A stretch of DNA of 64,000 nucleotides from an uncultured delta proteobacterium. Lineage in GTDB: Bacteria; Desulfobacterota; Binatia; UBA9968. The stretch lies in the NCBI GenBank assembly GCA_963755715.1, contig CAVWLW010000050.1, positions 96,001-160,000 of the forward strand. The letters are read 5' to 3'. The translations under genes and the position numbers were made by a program. The notes below the pieces were generated by a model that worked only from the letters and a program-made list of their open reading frames with translations, ran no database searches and was not told the DNA's origin. Positions 62,666 to 64,000 of this stretch are shown here, in pieces (the stretch's first letter is position 1; each line of letters opens with the position of its first letter).

Positions 62666-63518
62666 CTACGGTTGCAACGTCGGTCGTTCATCGCCGGCGA
62701 CTTTGGCGAGCGGCAAATACTCTTTAGCGAAGACTTCGATCGCCTGCGCCAGATCGTTTGCCGTTCGTTCGAGGTTTGCCTGCTTGCGCAAATTGGCGCC
62801 GAATTCCAACTGAATCGCATCGATCTCAGTGCCACGATGGCTACCGTAGGTCTGCGTCGTGTAGCCGCCGACATAGCGACGTTCCTGATCGTCGGGCGGA
62901 GCAATGCGATAACCTTTCACGGCCAGCTGCGCCAAAATGCTCTTCGGACCTGTCAAAGCTGCAGCGCCAAACCGTTGGCGCAACACTGCAACACTCTTGC
63001 CGTTGTTGGTGCCGCGAAAAATCGTGTCCGCTTCCGCCCCTTGGCCATGAATGTCGAGCAGCAGCCCGCTGCCCCACCGTTGCCGAACGCGCGCCGAAGC
63101 TTCCTGGAGCGCGCGATGATAGGCTTCGTAGTACGGTTTGGCGGCGGGAGATTCGAAAGCGCTGTCTTCAGCGCGATTGGCATCGACGAATTTTCTCTCG
63201 AAATGAGCGATCACGAGAAATGGCTTGGCGCCGAGTCTCACGCCCAGCTTGACCGCGAGCAACTCGGCAAGCTCGGCCGTGTTGCTATCTCGCTCGACAG
63301 TAAATTGTGCCACGCCGAGGCCGCGCCGAGGCGCGACTCCTGGAATCGCCAGCCGTCCACCGTGCGGCGCTGCCAATATGATGCGGCAGCATGCCGGCCC
63401 AGATGGTGAGGAAACGCGAAGGTTCTTTATCTGCTTGGGCCCACGCCTGCGCTGGCAAATATAGGCCCAGCGCCAAGAACAAAATTCGCGCCAGTGATTT
63501 GACTCGAAGCATCGCCAT
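62666..63518 (-). CDS. Secreted N-formylglutamate-amidohydrolase-like protein (frameshift near 63380)
   Basis: Signal peptide; APHGG, RKFVDANR, YYEAYH, LLDIHG, AIQLEFG. Confidence 0.78.
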
Positions 63519-63676
63519 CGAAGGATTCCGAGTTACATACCGCAAGGCGCGCCGCTCGCGCAACGGTAGCGGCGGAAATTTATCGGCTCGATGCCCGCGG
63601 TGCTCTTGTAGTCCTGAGCGCCGACGATCATAGGTACGAGAGTTGCAGAAATAGGCGTCGATGGATGATGACGATT

Positions 63677-64000
63677 TTATTGTGGCTCGGGCATCTTCGC
63701 CGAGAGTTTTTTCAAAAATTCCGGCGGAAAGGGTTCGGCTTGGAACTCGCGGGCTTTTTTCACTCTGATCCACGCTTCGGAGTAACGTTCCTGATCGTAC
63801 GAGCGACATGGCCCATTCGCGCCAACTAGGGGCAAATTTGGGATCGTTGTCCAAACTCTCGGTGAACCGGGAATTGGCTAAAACAAACTGCTGAGCCCGT
63901 TCCAACTGCCGATCTGCTGGCAACCGTGCCGCGTACGCTGAATGAACCGCACCCAAATCGCAGAGCAGCGCCACCCGCTGGGTAGGATCCTCGACCAACT
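63677..64000 (-). CDS. C-terminus of a TPR-like protein (partial; frameshift near 63800)
   Basis: DPKFAPSWREWAMSL/YDQERYSEAWIRVKKARE..FLKKLSAKMPEPQ*. Confidence 0.6.

Noticed and set aside
30774-63800. Numerous frameshifts as programmed frameshifting or mass pseudogenisation
   Set aside because: They are single indels scattered through otherwise intact core-like genes, typical of long-read consensus error. Only the IS3 A6G site is a recognised programmed signal.

Overview
Bacterial DNA, GC-rich in coding regions. The gene content (many NitT/TauT- and TctC-type binding proteins, a dihydroxyphthalate-decarboxylase-like protein, CoxSLM-like hydroxylase) resembles Candidatus Binatia; this assignment is inference only. 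Many genes carry single-base frameshifts, probably long-read consensus errors. Bases 1 to about 30 kb are an accessory mosaic. It holds one intact REP-associated tyrosine transposase (RAYT), seven further RAYT remnants all on the minus strand, about a dozen RAYT-end motifs (core CTGACCCC) bracketing unrelated genes and gene fragments, an IS110, an IS3, a tRNA-Glu 3' fragment (att scar), a dispersed 24-bp palindrome and a long ICL2-type isocitrate lyase. The IS110 non-coding end folds like a bridge RNA whose predicted target guides spell GGGGTC/AGACT, the RAYT-end motif, and the element sits in such a motif. The IS3 also interrupts one. Bases 30-64 kb are mostly core and metabolic genes. They include a minus-strand cluster of a selenocysteine Bcp peroxiredoxin (in-frame TGA plus SECIS-like hairpin), a LysR, an OvoA/EgtB-like non-heme iron enzyme, DUF427, a PhnD-like protein and a Cys paralog of the Bcp. 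Also present are a divergent pair of paralogous 72-aa unknown proteins and an ABC transporter with three tandem binding proteins.
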